Below are positions 27,866 to 37,599 of a stretch of 64,000 nucleotides of DNA, in pieces. The first letter of the stretch is position 1. Every line of letters begins with the position of its first letter. The translations under genes and the position numbers were made by a program. The DNA comes from a candidate division WWE3 bacterium GW2011_GWC2_41_23. GTDB taxonomy: Bacteria; Patescibacteriota; WWE3; UBA101185; UBA10185. The notes beneath the pieces were generated by a model. It did not search any database and was not told where the DNA came from. It saw only the letters and a list, made by a program, of their open reading frames with translations. The DNA lies in contig LCBB01000001.1 in the NCBI GenBank assembly GCA_000996895.1, positions 2,542-66,541 of the forward strand, given 5' to 3'.

Positions 27866-27881
27866 AAGCCGCGTAATTATA

Positions 27882-28382
27882 CTACAAGGATTTATTACCA
27901 AAAGCGGTTTCTACCCATTTCCCAAGGAAAAAAGTAATAATTACCACCGCGAATCCGACTAAAAGGTGTTCTGTAATGACTTCGTAGCGATTCTGGTTAG
28001 TCTTTTTTGCAATTCTCAGGCTCATAAGTATTAAAACAAGCGCGGAATACAAAACGCTAATTGTGACGGCGTGACTTACCGAAAACAGTACAAACGGAAT
28101 AACAAAAGACAAACCTATTAGAAGTTTAGAAACAAACGTGGCGATAGTGATATTACGAACATCCTGCGCCGATGGATGGCTTTTAGACTCTTCCGATATA
28201 TGCTCACCTAACGCGTCAGACATGGCGTCAGCAACACTGACGGTAAAAATTCCTCCGATGATAGCAAGTCTTTCTGCCGAAGACGAATAAAGCCCCACAA
28301 TCATTCCGAGCGTTGTAATAACCCCCGACGTTGTCCCAAACCCGAAACCTGCCATGAGTGAATCACCTATTTTTAGTTTCAT
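27882..28382 (-). CDS. VIT1/CCC1-like membrane transporter
   Basis: FGTTSGVITTLG, ADAMSDALGEHISEES. Confidence 0.8.
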   Translation of the reverse strand: MKLKIGDSLMAGFGFGTTSGVITTLGMIVGLYSSSAERLAIIGGIFTVSVADAMSDALGEHISEESKSHPSAQDVRNITIATFVSKLLIGLSFVIPFVLFSVSHAVTISVLYSALVLILMSLRIAKKTNQNRYEVITEHLLVGFAVVIITFFLGKWVETAFGNKSL

Positions 28383-28418
28383 ACCGTAAATTATATTTTA
28401 TGGGGAAGTTAAAGCAAG

Positions 28419-28466
28419 AAAAAGAAACCGGACATGCGGATTATTAATAATCTCCGTATGCCCGGC
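28419..28466 (-). terminator. Intrinsic terminator
   Basis: GCCGGGCAT...ATGTCCGGT followed by a T tract. Confidence 0.7.
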
Positions 28467-28470
28467 TCAT

Positions 28471-28683
28471 TTATTTGTTACGAATATACAATTTTCCCTC
28501 ACCGTCAAATAAAACCCCTTTTGTCACAATTATTCCGTCGAGTGTTGAGTCCGTGTAGCCTACAAGATCTTCGAGCTGCATCTCTTTTATCACTCTATCT
28601 GTAAGCGCGGATCTTTCCATCGGGCCTTCTTCCTTTAACACCATTCGAATCGCCTGCGTGATAAATATCATTGTATCGGGCAT
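28471..28683 (-). CDS. Small hypothetical protein (winged-helix-like pattern)
   Basis: AAAAGGAGAG SD; downstream terminator. Confidence 0.7.
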   Translation of the reverse strand: MPDTMIFITQAIRMVLKEEGPMERSALTDRVIKEMQLEDLVGYTDSTLDGIIVTKGVLFDGEGKLYIRNK

Positions 28684-28771
28684 CTATCTCTCCTTTTATA
28701 ATAAATGGGATTCTAAACGAAAAGCTTCGAGATTTCAAACGCACGTTGTGTAAATAAAAATCTGGAATATA

Positions 28772-28916
28772 TGGCGCCCCCAGAGGGATTCGGTCACCGG
28801 TTCGTGTCTGCTGACACGCCCGTCGACCCCGCCTCGCTCGCCTACGCTCACTCCGCCATTCGAATCCCGGGTAATTCAAACAAATTTCGTCAGGGAAAAA
28901 CCCTGCCGAAATTTCT
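28772..28916. repeat. 145-bp structured mini-element bounded by a 21-bp duplication of the tRNA-Arg 3' end
   Basis: TGGCGCCCCCAGAGGGATTCG at 28772 and 28917; internal hairpins. Confidence 0.8.
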
Positions 28917-28993
28917 TGGCGCCCCCAGAGGGATTCGAACCCCCGACCCCTCGTTCCGAAGACGAGTGCTCTGATCCGCTGAGCTATGGAGGC
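28917..28993 (-). tRNA. tRNA-Arg(UCG)
   Basis: CTCGT-CTTCGGA-ACGAG anticodon arm; CCA. Confidence 0.95.
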
Positions 28994-29053
28994 ATAATAA
29001 AAAGCTTTAGCTTACTTGTAAATTATACCACCGTAATCTGCTAAAATAGGTGT

Positions 29054-29497
29054 ATGAGTAAGCTGAATAAATTGTTGGTGCCTCTGTACACCTTGTTTCT
29101 AATAGGTTCATTTTTTTATGTAAAGTCGGTTTTAAAGGGGGTTCCCGTTTCCGTGGAAGACAATTCGGACGAAAAGACGGTCGAAACAAGAAGCGTGAAG
29201 GTCTCGCTTACCGTTAAAGCACCTTTTTACACTAGAACGTATTCGCAGGAATCGAAAAACACTGATTCCGTCTCCGACCTTTTATTAAAAGTCAGAGAGA
29301 ACAATAAGGATTTTACATATGACCGCACCGCCTATTCGTACGGCAGCAAGTTAGACCAAATAAACGGTATAACAACAACCGAAACAATGGAATGGAGAAT
29401 TTACGATGCTGAAAAAGATGTTACTTTAAAAATGGACGACACGGCGCTGGAAGATGGGAAGAACTATATTCTTACGTATCAAAAAACAAACGAATAA
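29054..29497 (+). CDS. DUF4430-like exported protein
   Basis: YSYG..DQINGI..W..Y motif; N-terminal TM. Confidence 0.7.
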   Translation: MSKLNKLLVPLYTLFLIGSFFYVKSVLKGVPVSVEDNSDEKTVETRSVKVSLTVKAPFYTRTYSQESKNTDSVSDLLLKVRENNKDFTYDRTAYSYGSKLDQINGITTTETMEWRIYDAEKDVTLKMDDTALEDGKNYILTYQKTNE

Positions 29498-29498
29498 C

Positions 29499-30680
29499 TT
29501 ACTCAAACCTTAAAGCTTCTATTGGATCTTTTTTGCCGGCACTTAAAGCCGGATAGGTACCGAACACTATACCAACAAATATTGAAAACCCCATCGCCAG
29601 TACAACGGCCCACCACGGTATTGTTGCGCGTATAAAACTGCTTACGGCAAGCGTAGCCAGATAACCTAAAAGTAACCCTACCACCCCACCCCCAATACTT
29701 ATTACAACAGCTTCTGTTAAAAACTGTCTGCCGATATTTTTTGATGTTGCTCCCAGGGCTTTTCGTAAACCTATTTCCTGCGTACGTTCAGTGACAGAAA
29801 CAAGCATAATATTCATTATTCCTATACCTCCAACTAACAAGGAAATACCGGCCACGGCGGCCAGAGCGGAAGATAAAACCCCGAGTATCTGATCTATAGA
29901 AGATAGCACGTCTTTTTGTGTTACAACAGAAAAATCATCTACCCTCATGTCTTTCAAAAGCGCCACTTTAATTTCACGCATTAATTCTTCCGGATCCTGT
30001 CCTTCCTTAGCTTTTACTGCAATGCTTGATAAGACTTCCACATTAAAGGCTGTCTTCAACGTAGTATCTGGTATAAATATCCTGTCATCAAAAGTGCCGC
30101 CTTTTGGTTTTGCGACTCCCACTACCTCAAAACTCGTATTTTCTATTTTTATTTTTTCTCCTAACGGGTTACGGTCACCAAACAATTCTTTTTTAACATC
30201 CGAGCTAATGAACGCAACATTAGCTTTTTTAGAGTCGTCGGATTTTGTGTAATAAGTACCTGATTCCGTTTCCAAACCGTAAATAGAATAAGATTGGTAA
30301 GTACCTCCTACAACCGTGCTTGCGTAAGTTTTTGTTTTATATTCGGCAGTTTTAGCTATCCTCACGGAAGGTGTAACGGCACTTATCTTATCGCCTACGT
30401 ATAAATTTATGGCATCAATATTTTTAAGACTCAGTTTATTTCCCATGAAAGCTCTTGAAGGGTCTTGTCCTTCTCCTATACCGGGAGTTACTAAAATTAG
30501 ATTTGAGCCAAGTGCATCAAATTGGTCCGTAATATAGTTCTCGAATCCTTGCACAACCGCGACTAAAGATACTACAGAAAACACACCTATGATGACACCC
30601 AGCATCGTGAGAAACGTCCTTATTTTATTTAGCGCCAGAGCTGAAAATGCACTTTTTATAGTTTCAGGAACGTATATCAT
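29499..30680 (-). CDS. MacB/FtsX-family ABC permease
   Basis: RTFLTMLGVIIG, GGIGIMNIMLVSVTERT.EIGLRKALGA. Confidence 0.93.
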   Translation of the reverse strand: MIYVPETIKSAFSALALNKIRTFLTMLGVIIGVFSVVSLVAVVQGFENYITDQFDALGSNLILVTPGIGEGQDPSRAFMGNKLSLKNIDAINLYVGDKISAVTPSVRIAKTAEYKTKTYASTVVGGTYQSYSIYGLETESGTYYTKSDDSKKANVAFISSDVKKELFGDRNPLGEKIKIENTSFEVVGVAKPKGGTFDDRIFIPDTTLKTAFNVEVLSSIAVKAKEGQDPEELMREIKVALLKDMRVDDFSVVTQKDVLSSIDQILGVLSSALAAVAGISLLVGGIGIMNIMLVSVTERTQEIGLRKALGATSKNIGRQFLTEAVVISIGGGVVGLLLGYLATLAVSSFIRATIPWWAVVLAMGFSIFVGIVFGTYPALSAGKKDPIEALRFE

Positions 30681-31348
30681 TTGACAACACAACCGTCTTT
30701 TAAGATTATTTTTCTTTGTGCGATTTGTGCAAGTTCGTCGTCGTGAGTAACAAGTACAATTGTTTTTCCCTGAGAATTTAGTTTTAAAAAGTTATTAATT
30801 ATTTCTTCCCCGGTTTTTGTGTCCAGATTTCCTGTAGGTTCGTCGGCCAGGATCATACTGGGATCATTTACCATCGCACGCGCGATTGCAACTCTTTGTT
30901 TCTGACCGCCTGATAACTCGTTTGATTTGTTTTTCAGGCGGTCTTGTAATCCCACAATTTCTATCATTTCTTTCGCTTTCTTTTCCCACTCAGAGCTAGG
31001 GACACTGCTGTATTTGAGGGGAAGTATCACGTTGTCTAATACGGTAGTACGCTGCAATAAGTTAAAGGATTGAAACACGAATCCTATTTCACTGTTCCTG
31101 ACTTGAGCCAGTTGTTTTTCGCTCATTCCCTTTGTATTTATTCCGTTAAGAATAACTTCTCCCTCGGTAGGGGTATCTAGTAAGCCAAGTATGTGCATTA
31201 AAGTTGATTTTCCGGATCCGGATTTACCCACAATGGCAACAAACTCGCCCCTACCGATTTCAATATCAACTCCCAGGAGAGCCTCTATTTTGGTAGTACC
31301 CATATCGTATATTTTTGATACATTTTGAGCCTGTAAAATGGGCGTCAT
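30677..31348 (-). CDS. ABC ATP-binding protein (LolD/MacB type)
   Basis: [26 protein letters not shown]. Confidence 0.95.
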   Translation of the reverse strand: MTPILQAQNVSKIYDMGTTKIEALLGVDIEIGRGEFVAIVGKSGSGKSTLMHILGLLDTPTEGEVILNGINTKGMSEKQLAQVRNSEIGFVFQSFNLLQRTTVLDNVILPLKYSSVPSSEWEKKAKEMIEIVGLQDRLKNKSNELSGGQKQRVAIARAMVNDPSMILADEPTGNLDTKTGEEIINNFLKLNSQGKTIVLVTHDDELAQIAQRKIILKDGCVVK

Positions 31349-31349
31349 T

Positions 31350-32411
31350 TTAATTTATAATTTTTGCGGTGTAACCTTCAGTAAGTTTTTGATTTTCCTC
31401 TGCAGGAACAACAACTTCACTGACATCGGTCTTAATCTCGGTGTAAATATCTCCCTCAACGCCAAGTTCCACAGGAAGTTGTTTGAGCTTACCGTTCTCT
31501 TCCACCCACACAAAAGGTTCATCGGTTACGTCGTAGAATATTTCGTCAATTGTGAGAGCACGTACTTCGCTGGTTGTAGATAAAACATCAATATACGCGT
31601 CACCTGACATTCCGATTGCTAACTGATGTTCCGCGTCACCCGATAAAGGTATTTCTATATCGAACACGCCGGTGACAGGGTTTGCAGTCAAGGGTACCTG
31701 AGCAACTTTAGTTTCAAATTCATACGAACTATAGGAATCCAGCTTTATTTTAGCAGGCTGTCCCAACTTGATATAACCGTAATCTTCCTGGTCAATTGAT
31801 ATTTCGAATATAAATTTATCCATATCGGCTAAAGTCATAACCGATTCTCCCACCACTGCAGTTTCTCCAACTTTTTTGTCAACCTCTATAATAGTTCCAT
31901 CAAACGGAGCGTAAATATAGGAATTGCGGAGCACGGAAAGTTGAGCTTGGTAAGTTGCCTCGGCCTGACTAATTAGTTCGTCAAGCTGTCTAAGTTTAAT
32001 ATTGTATTCATCCTCACCCCCGAGTGCCGTTATGTTGGCTTCCCTATCTTCCTCAAAAAGGTCCTTATTTCTTAGGGCAATGTCACGGGCATCTTTGTAA
32101 GCCTGTGATGTTTGAAATTGAGTAGATCCGTCGATATAAGCAAGAGGCTCTCCCTGCTTTACCGCATCACCTTTATTAACTAAAACCTTAGTTATTTTTC
32201 CGGCCGACATAAAAGTAAGGTCAGCCTGTTCTTCAGCTTTTACCTGACCGCTTGCCGATACACTTCTGGACACAACTTTATTTTCTACCGAGACTCTTCT
32301 TACAAGAGCTGTTAACTGCTTTGGCCTTAATAAAAAAAACCACAATATCGACGCCAGTGGTATTCCTATGAGCAAATACTTAACAATTTTTTTAAACGCA
32401 AAATTTTTCAC
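31350..32411 (-). CDS. Efflux membrane-fusion (MacA-like) protein
   Basis: Lipoyl halves GDAVKQGEPL and IYAPFDG. Confidence 0.9.
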   Translation of the reverse strand: MKNFAFKKIVKYLLIGIPLASILWFFLLRPKQLTALVRRVSVENKVVSRSVSASGQVKAEEQADLTFMSAGKITKVLVNKGDAVKQGEPLAYIDGSTQFQTSQAYKDARDIALRNKDLFEEDREANITALGGEDEYNIKLRQLDELISQAEATYQAQLSVLRNSYIYAPFDGTIIEVDKKVGETAVVGESVMTLADMDKFIFEISIDQEDYGYIKLGQPAKIKLDSYSSYEFETKVAQVPLTANPVTGVFDIEIPLSGDAEHQLAIGMSGDAYIDVLSTTSEVRALTIDEIFYDVTDEPFVWVEENGKLKQLPVELGVEGDIYTEIKTDVSEVVVPAEENQKLTEGYTAKIIN

Positions 32412-32429
32412 CTGTGATATTATATTACC

Positions 32430-32819
32430 ATGCTAGGATTTTTAAAATCTCATCACCCCTTAAGACACGCCAGAAGTTTCAAACATGCATTTCAGGGAAT
32501 TTTTAAAGCTCTTGTCGAAGAACCTAACTTCAGAGTTCAGATAGTTATCTTAGTGATATCAATTATGTTGGGTGCCCATTTTAATATCACGAACACCGAA
32601 TGGGCACTGCTCATACTTTCTATGGGATTGCTTTTGATGGCAGAAGTTCTTAATACGGTTGTTGAGGACACAATAGATTTTTTTATCAAAGACTTTGATG
32701 AAGGTGTAAAAGTGATAAAAGATTTGTCGGCAGGTTTTGTACTAATCACTGCAGTAACATCACTAGCAATACTCATATTGATATTCTGGCCTTACTTTAT
32801 GGTTGTGCTACCTGCTTAG
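32430..32819 (+). CDS. dgkA: Diacylglycerol/undecaprenol kinase
   Basis: SFKHAFQG, EPNFR, EVLNTVVE, KDLSAG. Confidence 0.9.
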   Translation: MLGFLKSHHPLRHARSFKHAFQGIFKALVEEPNFRVQIVILVISIMLGAHFNITNTEWALLILSMGLLLMAEVLNTVVEDTIDFFIKDFDEGVKVIKDLSAGFVLITAVTSLAILILIFWPYFMVVLPA

Positions 32820-33296
32820 GTAGATTAAAACTGCTAGATAAATCCCGCCGAAAATATATCCTACAACAATGTCCTGTACCGTATGCGCTCCTATTAACAC
32901 CCTGGAGACACCGATCAGTATTATGTGATATACGCTAATGATGCGGATAAGGTTAACTGCTAAACCGTCCCCAAAAAACCCTTTTTTGAAAGATAAGAAA
33001 AGAAGCAGTCCCCAGAAACAAACGTAAAATATTACATGACTGCTTGGAAACCTGTACATATCTCCCAGCTTTGTAGGATCTCCCACGTAAGTGTCTAAGC
33101 GCGGAATTTTAAATATATTCTTTAGCAACACAGAATATAAAAGACTGAGTATAGCGAGTAAAAATATTCCAGCTTCTTTTAAATAACCCGAAGCAATGAA
33201 GTAAGCAATAAACGATAGGGATACGACTGCAACTATAGGAATACTGTTGCCAAAGAAACTCGCTGATTCGATAAATACTTTTAAAAAGACAGGCAT
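32808..33296 (-). CDS. PAP2-family phosphatase
   Basis: FPSSH, SRVLIGAH...D. Confidence 0.9.
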   Translation of the reverse strand: MPVFLKVFIESASFFGNSIPIVAVVSLSFIAYFIASGYLKEAGIFLLAILSLLYSVLLKNIFKIPRLDTYVGDPTKLGDMYRFPSSHVIFYVCFWGLLLFLSFKKGFFGDGLAVNLIRIISVYHIILIGVSRVLIGAHTVQDIVVGYIFGGIYLAVLIYLSR

Positions 33297-33301
33297 GCTG
33301 T

Positions 33302-34852
33302 TTAGTAACCCTTCTCGTTAATCTCCTTTAAGGTACCGGGTTCCATAATATACATTCTTACGTAATCCTGGCTAGATTTTGTTAAAGTAAATATGGGATC
33401 GTACTTCTCCATCCAATATTGTGATTTTTCGCTGGAGGCGGTTTCGGTAAATGTTTGAGGATTTCTAATGTGAATATAAAACCCGGCTTTATTTGTATCT
33501 TTTTCCAGAGGCACAAAGTAACGCACAATTGATTTTCTCTCATTTGTAGAATATGAGGTTATCTCAGGATATTGTTTAACAAACGCCGATATACCCTCCC
33601 AATCCCTAAAATACGGAAACCCGAACAAACTTAAGTGGTATACCGGTGTTGGCTCAGGAAATGTCCACGCTAAAAACCGTTCTTCTTCCCACGGGTATTC
33701 CTTTGAATTATCCACGAAAACCGCGTAGCTTTGAGCAAAAATGAACATAAATATTAAAAATAAAATGACTTGAAACCCCCATGCAAAAACCGTCCCGGGC
33801 AGCTTTTCTAAAAGAAAATCCAACATCCCGTCCAATCCAATACCAATAATTATCATAACGGGAAGAATATAAGCGTAAATGTGTGTTCCCGGAATGTAGA
33901 CAAGCCCTTCCATAAAAGCGAAAGGTATAAAAAACCATGCAAATAAAGCTAAGTAGGACGCCGCGCTTTTAAACTTAATCTTTTTAGGCAGTTTTGCTCC
34001 GTAGGCTTTGTAGTAAAGAAACGCGAAACCCAAAAGAGACGCCAGGATATAAAAATGCACGACATAAATAGGCTGGTAAACCGAAAATAAGTATTTAGAG
34101 CTGGATATTTTCGCCGAAACATCGCCGGAAATTCTTCCGGACCAGTAGGAAAGTGTTGATTCAGAAATAGAAAGAACAAAAGGAATATAAAAAGCCAGAA
34201 GCATCGCCCCCGATATTGCTAAAGATATTATTAAAGTTTTTAAAGCTTTCGGGTCGGATTTGAAGTTTCTTTTGAGCCAAACAGACATCAGGTAAACAAC
34301 AAAGGGAAGGATAAAAACCGCGTCGTAATGTGAAAGTATGCCTAAAGCCCAAAACACAAATGCCCAAATTACCCCTTTGTGTTTGTAGTTAGGTCTTTTA
34401 ACTGCCAGCGTAAGCATGTACAAGGCGAGTATCATAAATAGAACCACAAACGATTGGTACTGTACTATACGGGAAAATGCCACAAAAAATCCATTGCTTC
34501 CCAGTAGTAACGCGGAGATAAGCGCTACTCTTTTACCAAAATGTGCCCGAACAAGTTTATAAAAGAAAAATACTGAAAGTATTCCGGCTAGGGAGAACGG
34601 CAGTCTAATAAGAAGCTGGTTTGTATAATCGGGATTAATAAATTTCAGAAGGTAAGTGATGATGAATTGAACCGGGCCTTTTCTCTGATCCAGTAGATAG
34701 CTAAAAAAATTCTGCCCGTCTCCCGGAAGATAAAGAGCTTTTATTTCGTCACCTTGATAGTCGGAATATCCCAGGTTAAAAAGCCTCAATATTACGGCAG
34801 GAACCATTAGCCCGAAAAAAACCAGATTAATCTTTTCTATTAGTTTTTTCAT
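33302..34852 (-). CDS. GT-C (ArnT/PMT-like) glycosyltransferase
   Basis: LRLFNLG..GDE; multiple TM segments. Confidence 0.8.
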   Translation of the reverse strand: MKKLIEKINLVFFGLMVPAVILRLFNLGYSDYQGDEIKALYLPGDGQNFFSYLLDQRKGPVQFIITYLLKFINPDYTNQLLIRLPFSLAGILSVFFFYKLVRAHFGKRVALISALLLGSNGFFVAFSRIVQYQSFVVLFMILALYMLTLAVKRPNYKHKGVIWAFVFWALGILSHYDAVFILPFVVYLMSVWLKRNFKSDPKALKTLIISLAISGAMLLAFYIPFVLSISESTLSYWSGRISGDVSAKISSSKYLFSVYQPIYVVHFYILASLLGFAFLYYKAYGAKLPKKIKFKSAASYLALFAWFFIPFAFMEGLVYIPGTHIYAYILPVMIIIGIGLDGMLDFLLEKLPGTVFAWGFQVILFLIFMFIFAQSYAVFVDNSKEYPWEEERFLAWTFPEPTPVYHLSLFGFPYFRDWEGISAFVKQYPEITSYSTNERKSIVRYFVPLEKDTNKAGFYIHIRNPQTFTETASSEKSQYWMEKYDPIFTLTKSSQDYVRMYIMEPGTLKEINEKGY

Positions 34853-36893
34853 GTTCCCCTACACCATATATTACCAGTTCGTTCATTGCTCTGGTAGTAA
34901 CAACAAAAGCTTTCCTGGCCTCTTCAAAGTCTGTAATTTTGTCAGGATTCAACCCCAAAACGTACACTTTTGAAAATTCTAGACCTTTTGAATTTAGAGT
35001 ATTCATCACGTAAACGCCCTTAGGTATATAGTTTACGCGTGTTCCGGAGTCTAAGATAACCAACTGTCCCTCATTTTTAATAATTTTCTTCAATTCATTA
35101 GAAACACGGTCAAATAATAAATTGTCGTAGCAAATGACACCGATACTTTTGTCTAATTTCTTTGCGTCTTTCTTAATATCCGAAACAAACTCGTTAAATA
35201 TCTCGTCATTTGTTTTTACTAATTTTACAGACGGCTCGGGTCCCATTCTATTAATGGACTCCGGCATAAAATCTTCGGTAAACGGAGCTAAAATCTTTCG
35301 TGCAAATTCTATAATCGGCCGGGTACTTCTGTAATTAGTAGATAGTTCAAATCTAATCGAAGATCTGGCCTCTTTTATAATATCGAAAAGATCTTCCCAT
35401 TTTTCAATACCCGAAGGATCGAGAGACTGGTTAAGATCGCCGAATATTCCGAACCTCCCTCTTAATATAACTTTTGACATTATTGCGTATTCCAGAGGAG
35501 AAAAATCCTGACCTTCGTCGACGACGCAGTACTCGTAAGTCGGGTGTTTTTGAATGCCCATAAGGGAGAGATAAATGTACACATAAAGAATGGATTCCGC
35601 GTAGTTAAGACTTTTCTTATGATCTATACCGAAGCTTTTTGCCAGTTCCGGGACGCCACTTGTCTTTATTTCATTTTTCATTTCCGAAAGCTTGCTGACT
35701 AGTTTTCTTAAGCTTTTTATGTTTTCACGGCACAGGTAAGCTTTTATAGAGTCCGTAGGCAGCTCTTTAAGTTCGTCTTTCTGATTAACAAGCTCTTCTT
35801 CCAGTTCTGTAAGTATTTCATTTATATTTTCCGAAGGAGACATATTTGTTGAATACTTATATCCGCCGAATGGTTCAAACTCAGTGACTTTAAAAATGTC
35901 GCTAAGTTTTTTCTCGAAGGACCCGTGAATTTTTTCTAAAGAAACATAAAGTTTTTTTAAATCCTTAAGTTTAAAAGCTTTAAGATTACCCCGGGTATCA
36001 AGGTCGGTTTTTATTTGTATCTGTTCACGGAAAATTAAATTAACAAGTATCTCCCGTACGGTTTTATAATTTATGTCGAATATTCCGAGTCTCGGGAAAA
36101 GCGTTGAGAGATAGCCTACAAGTATCTGATTTTTTGCAACAACGATAGATTTTTCGGAGTGAATTAAATTCGGGTAGTTAAAGAAAATATGTGCCAGTTT
36201 ATGAATCGCTACCGTGCTTTTTCCGCTTCCGACACAGCCCTGTACTATGCATATTTGTCTCGGATCCGACTCTATAATATCCATCTGTGACTGCTGTATG
36301 GTCTCAACAATATCCTCTAAAACTCCCCCTGTTTTCTTTCCGATTCTATCGATGATTATTTCGTTCTCATCTAATTGAATATCGTTGTTGTAATACTTTA
36401 TTAATTCTCCATCCGAGATTTCGTAGGTGCGTTTTAGCAACAGGTCTCTTCTTTCTACGCCGCCCGGAGTATCGTAGTATACGTCCTTTTGAGGGTATCT
36501 GTATCTATAATAGACTGAAGCAATTTTTGCACGCCAATCAGTAACGGATAAACCTGATTCCGAAAGACCGAACTTACCTATGTAAATATTCTGTGTGTGT
36601 TTTTTATCTTTTAAATCTATGCGCGCAAAATACGGTTGGGTAAATAGATATTTTAATTCTTCAAGTCTTTTAAATTTATCCTTCAGATTTAGAGAAGCAT
36701 TCTTTTCATGTAGTTGTTCGAGGAACATTAAAAAATCCGGACCGAACTCACCCTCGGTTTTTAATTCTTTCAATCTGTCCAGATTAGAAATTCCCACAGC
36801 CTTGAGTTTCTCTTGAAGATTTGAAAGAGTTTTTTTCACAAAAGTTTTTAGTTTTTCGACATGTCTTTTTTCTTCTATGAAAATCTTATCCAT
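34827..36893 (-). CDS. helD: HelD-like SF1 helicase
   Basis: PYFARID, YIG, DWRA, GSGKST, VDEGQD, GDLNQ, NYRST, KGLEF, TRA. Confidence 0.8.
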   Translation of the reverse strand: MDKIFIEEKRHVEKLKTFVKKTLSNLQEKLKAVGISNLDRLKELKTEGEFGPDFLMFLEQLHEKNASLNLKDKFKRLEELKYLFTQPYFARIDLKDKKHTQNIYIGKFGLSESGLSVTDWRAKIASVYYRYRYPQKDVYYDTPGGVERRDLLLKRTYEISDGELIKYYNNDIQLDENEIIIDRIGKKTGGVLEDIVETIQQSQMDIIESDPRQICIVQGCVGSGKSTVAIHKLAHIFFNYPNLIHSEKSIVVAKNQILVGYLSTLFPRLGIFDINYKTVREILVNLIFREQIQIKTDLDTRGNLKAFKLKDLKKLYVSLEKIHGSFEKKLSDIFKVTEFEPFGGYKYSTNMSPSENINEILTELEEELVNQKDELKELPTDSIKAYLCRENIKSLRKLVSKLSEMKNEIKTSGVPELAKSFGIDHKKSLNYAESILYVYIYLSLMGIQKHPTYEYCVVDEGQDFSPLEYAIMSKVILRGRFGIFGDLNQSLDPSGIEKWEDLFDIIKEARSSIRFELSTNYRSTRPIIEFARKILAPFTEDFMPESINRMGPEPSVKLVKTNDEIFNEFVSDIKKDAKKLDKSIGVICYDNLLFDRVSNELKKIIKNEGQLVILDSGTRVNYIPKGVYVMNTLNSKGLEFSKVYVLGLNPDKITDFEEARKAFVVTTRAMNELVIYGVGEHEKTNRKD

Positions 36894-36894
36894 T

Positions 36895-37581
36895 TTAATA
36901 ATCCCTTTTTGCTATCAGTACAACAAATTCGCCTTTAATTTTCTTTTGTAAATAATGGTTGGAAAGTTCCGTCAAACTACCCCTTACGACCTCTTCATAC
37001 ATTTTAGTAATGTCGTTACATACGCACGCCTGCCTATGTCCTAATACTTTTTGGGCAATTTGCATAGACGTCGATAGTCTAAACGGAGACTCGTAAAATA
37101 TCAAGGTGGCATCTATATCCGCATACTTTTCAAAAAACTTTTCTTTTTGAATTTCTGTCTTCGGTAAAAATCCGACAAATAAAAATTTATCGGTGGGAAG
37201 TCCTGAAACCGACAACGCAGCCGTAACTGCAGAAGGCCCCGGGACAGATTCAATTTCGATATTCTCTTCGATTAGATCTCTGACAAGTTTGAATCCGGGA
37301 TCAGAAATTAAAGGTGTTCCGCTATCAGATACCAGTGCTAATGATTTACCGCTCCCAAGCATATTTTTTATCTGCTCGATGACTCTTATGTGATTTTGAT
37401 CCCTATACGAAATCTGAGGTTTCGAAAATCCGTATTTTTTTAAAAGCTTATCGGTTTCCCTCGTGTCTTCGGATAAAATCATATCTACAGCCTTTAGAAC
37501 CTCTATCGCTCTAAAAGTTATATCGGCCATATTTCCAATCGGAGTAGATACAATATATAATTTCGGCTTAGACATAAACAT
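36895..37581 (-). CDS. rsmI: 16S rRNA C1402 2'-O-methyltransferase
   Basis: LYIVSTPIGN, EDTR, SDSGTPLISDPG, YESP. Confidence 0.95.
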   Translation of the reverse strand: MFMSKPKLYIVSTPIGNMADITFRAIEVLKAVDMILSEDTRETDKLLKKYGFSKPQISYRDQNHIRVIEQIKNMLGSGKSLALVSDSGTPLISDPGFKLVRDLIEENIEIESVPGPSAVTAALSVSGLPTDKFLFVGFLPKTEIQKEKFFEKYADIDATLIFYESPFRLSTSMQIAQKVLGHRQACVCNDITKMYEEVVRGSLTELSNHYLQKKIKGEFVVLIAKRDY

Positions 37582-37599
37582 TGTTCATTTTAGCACTAT

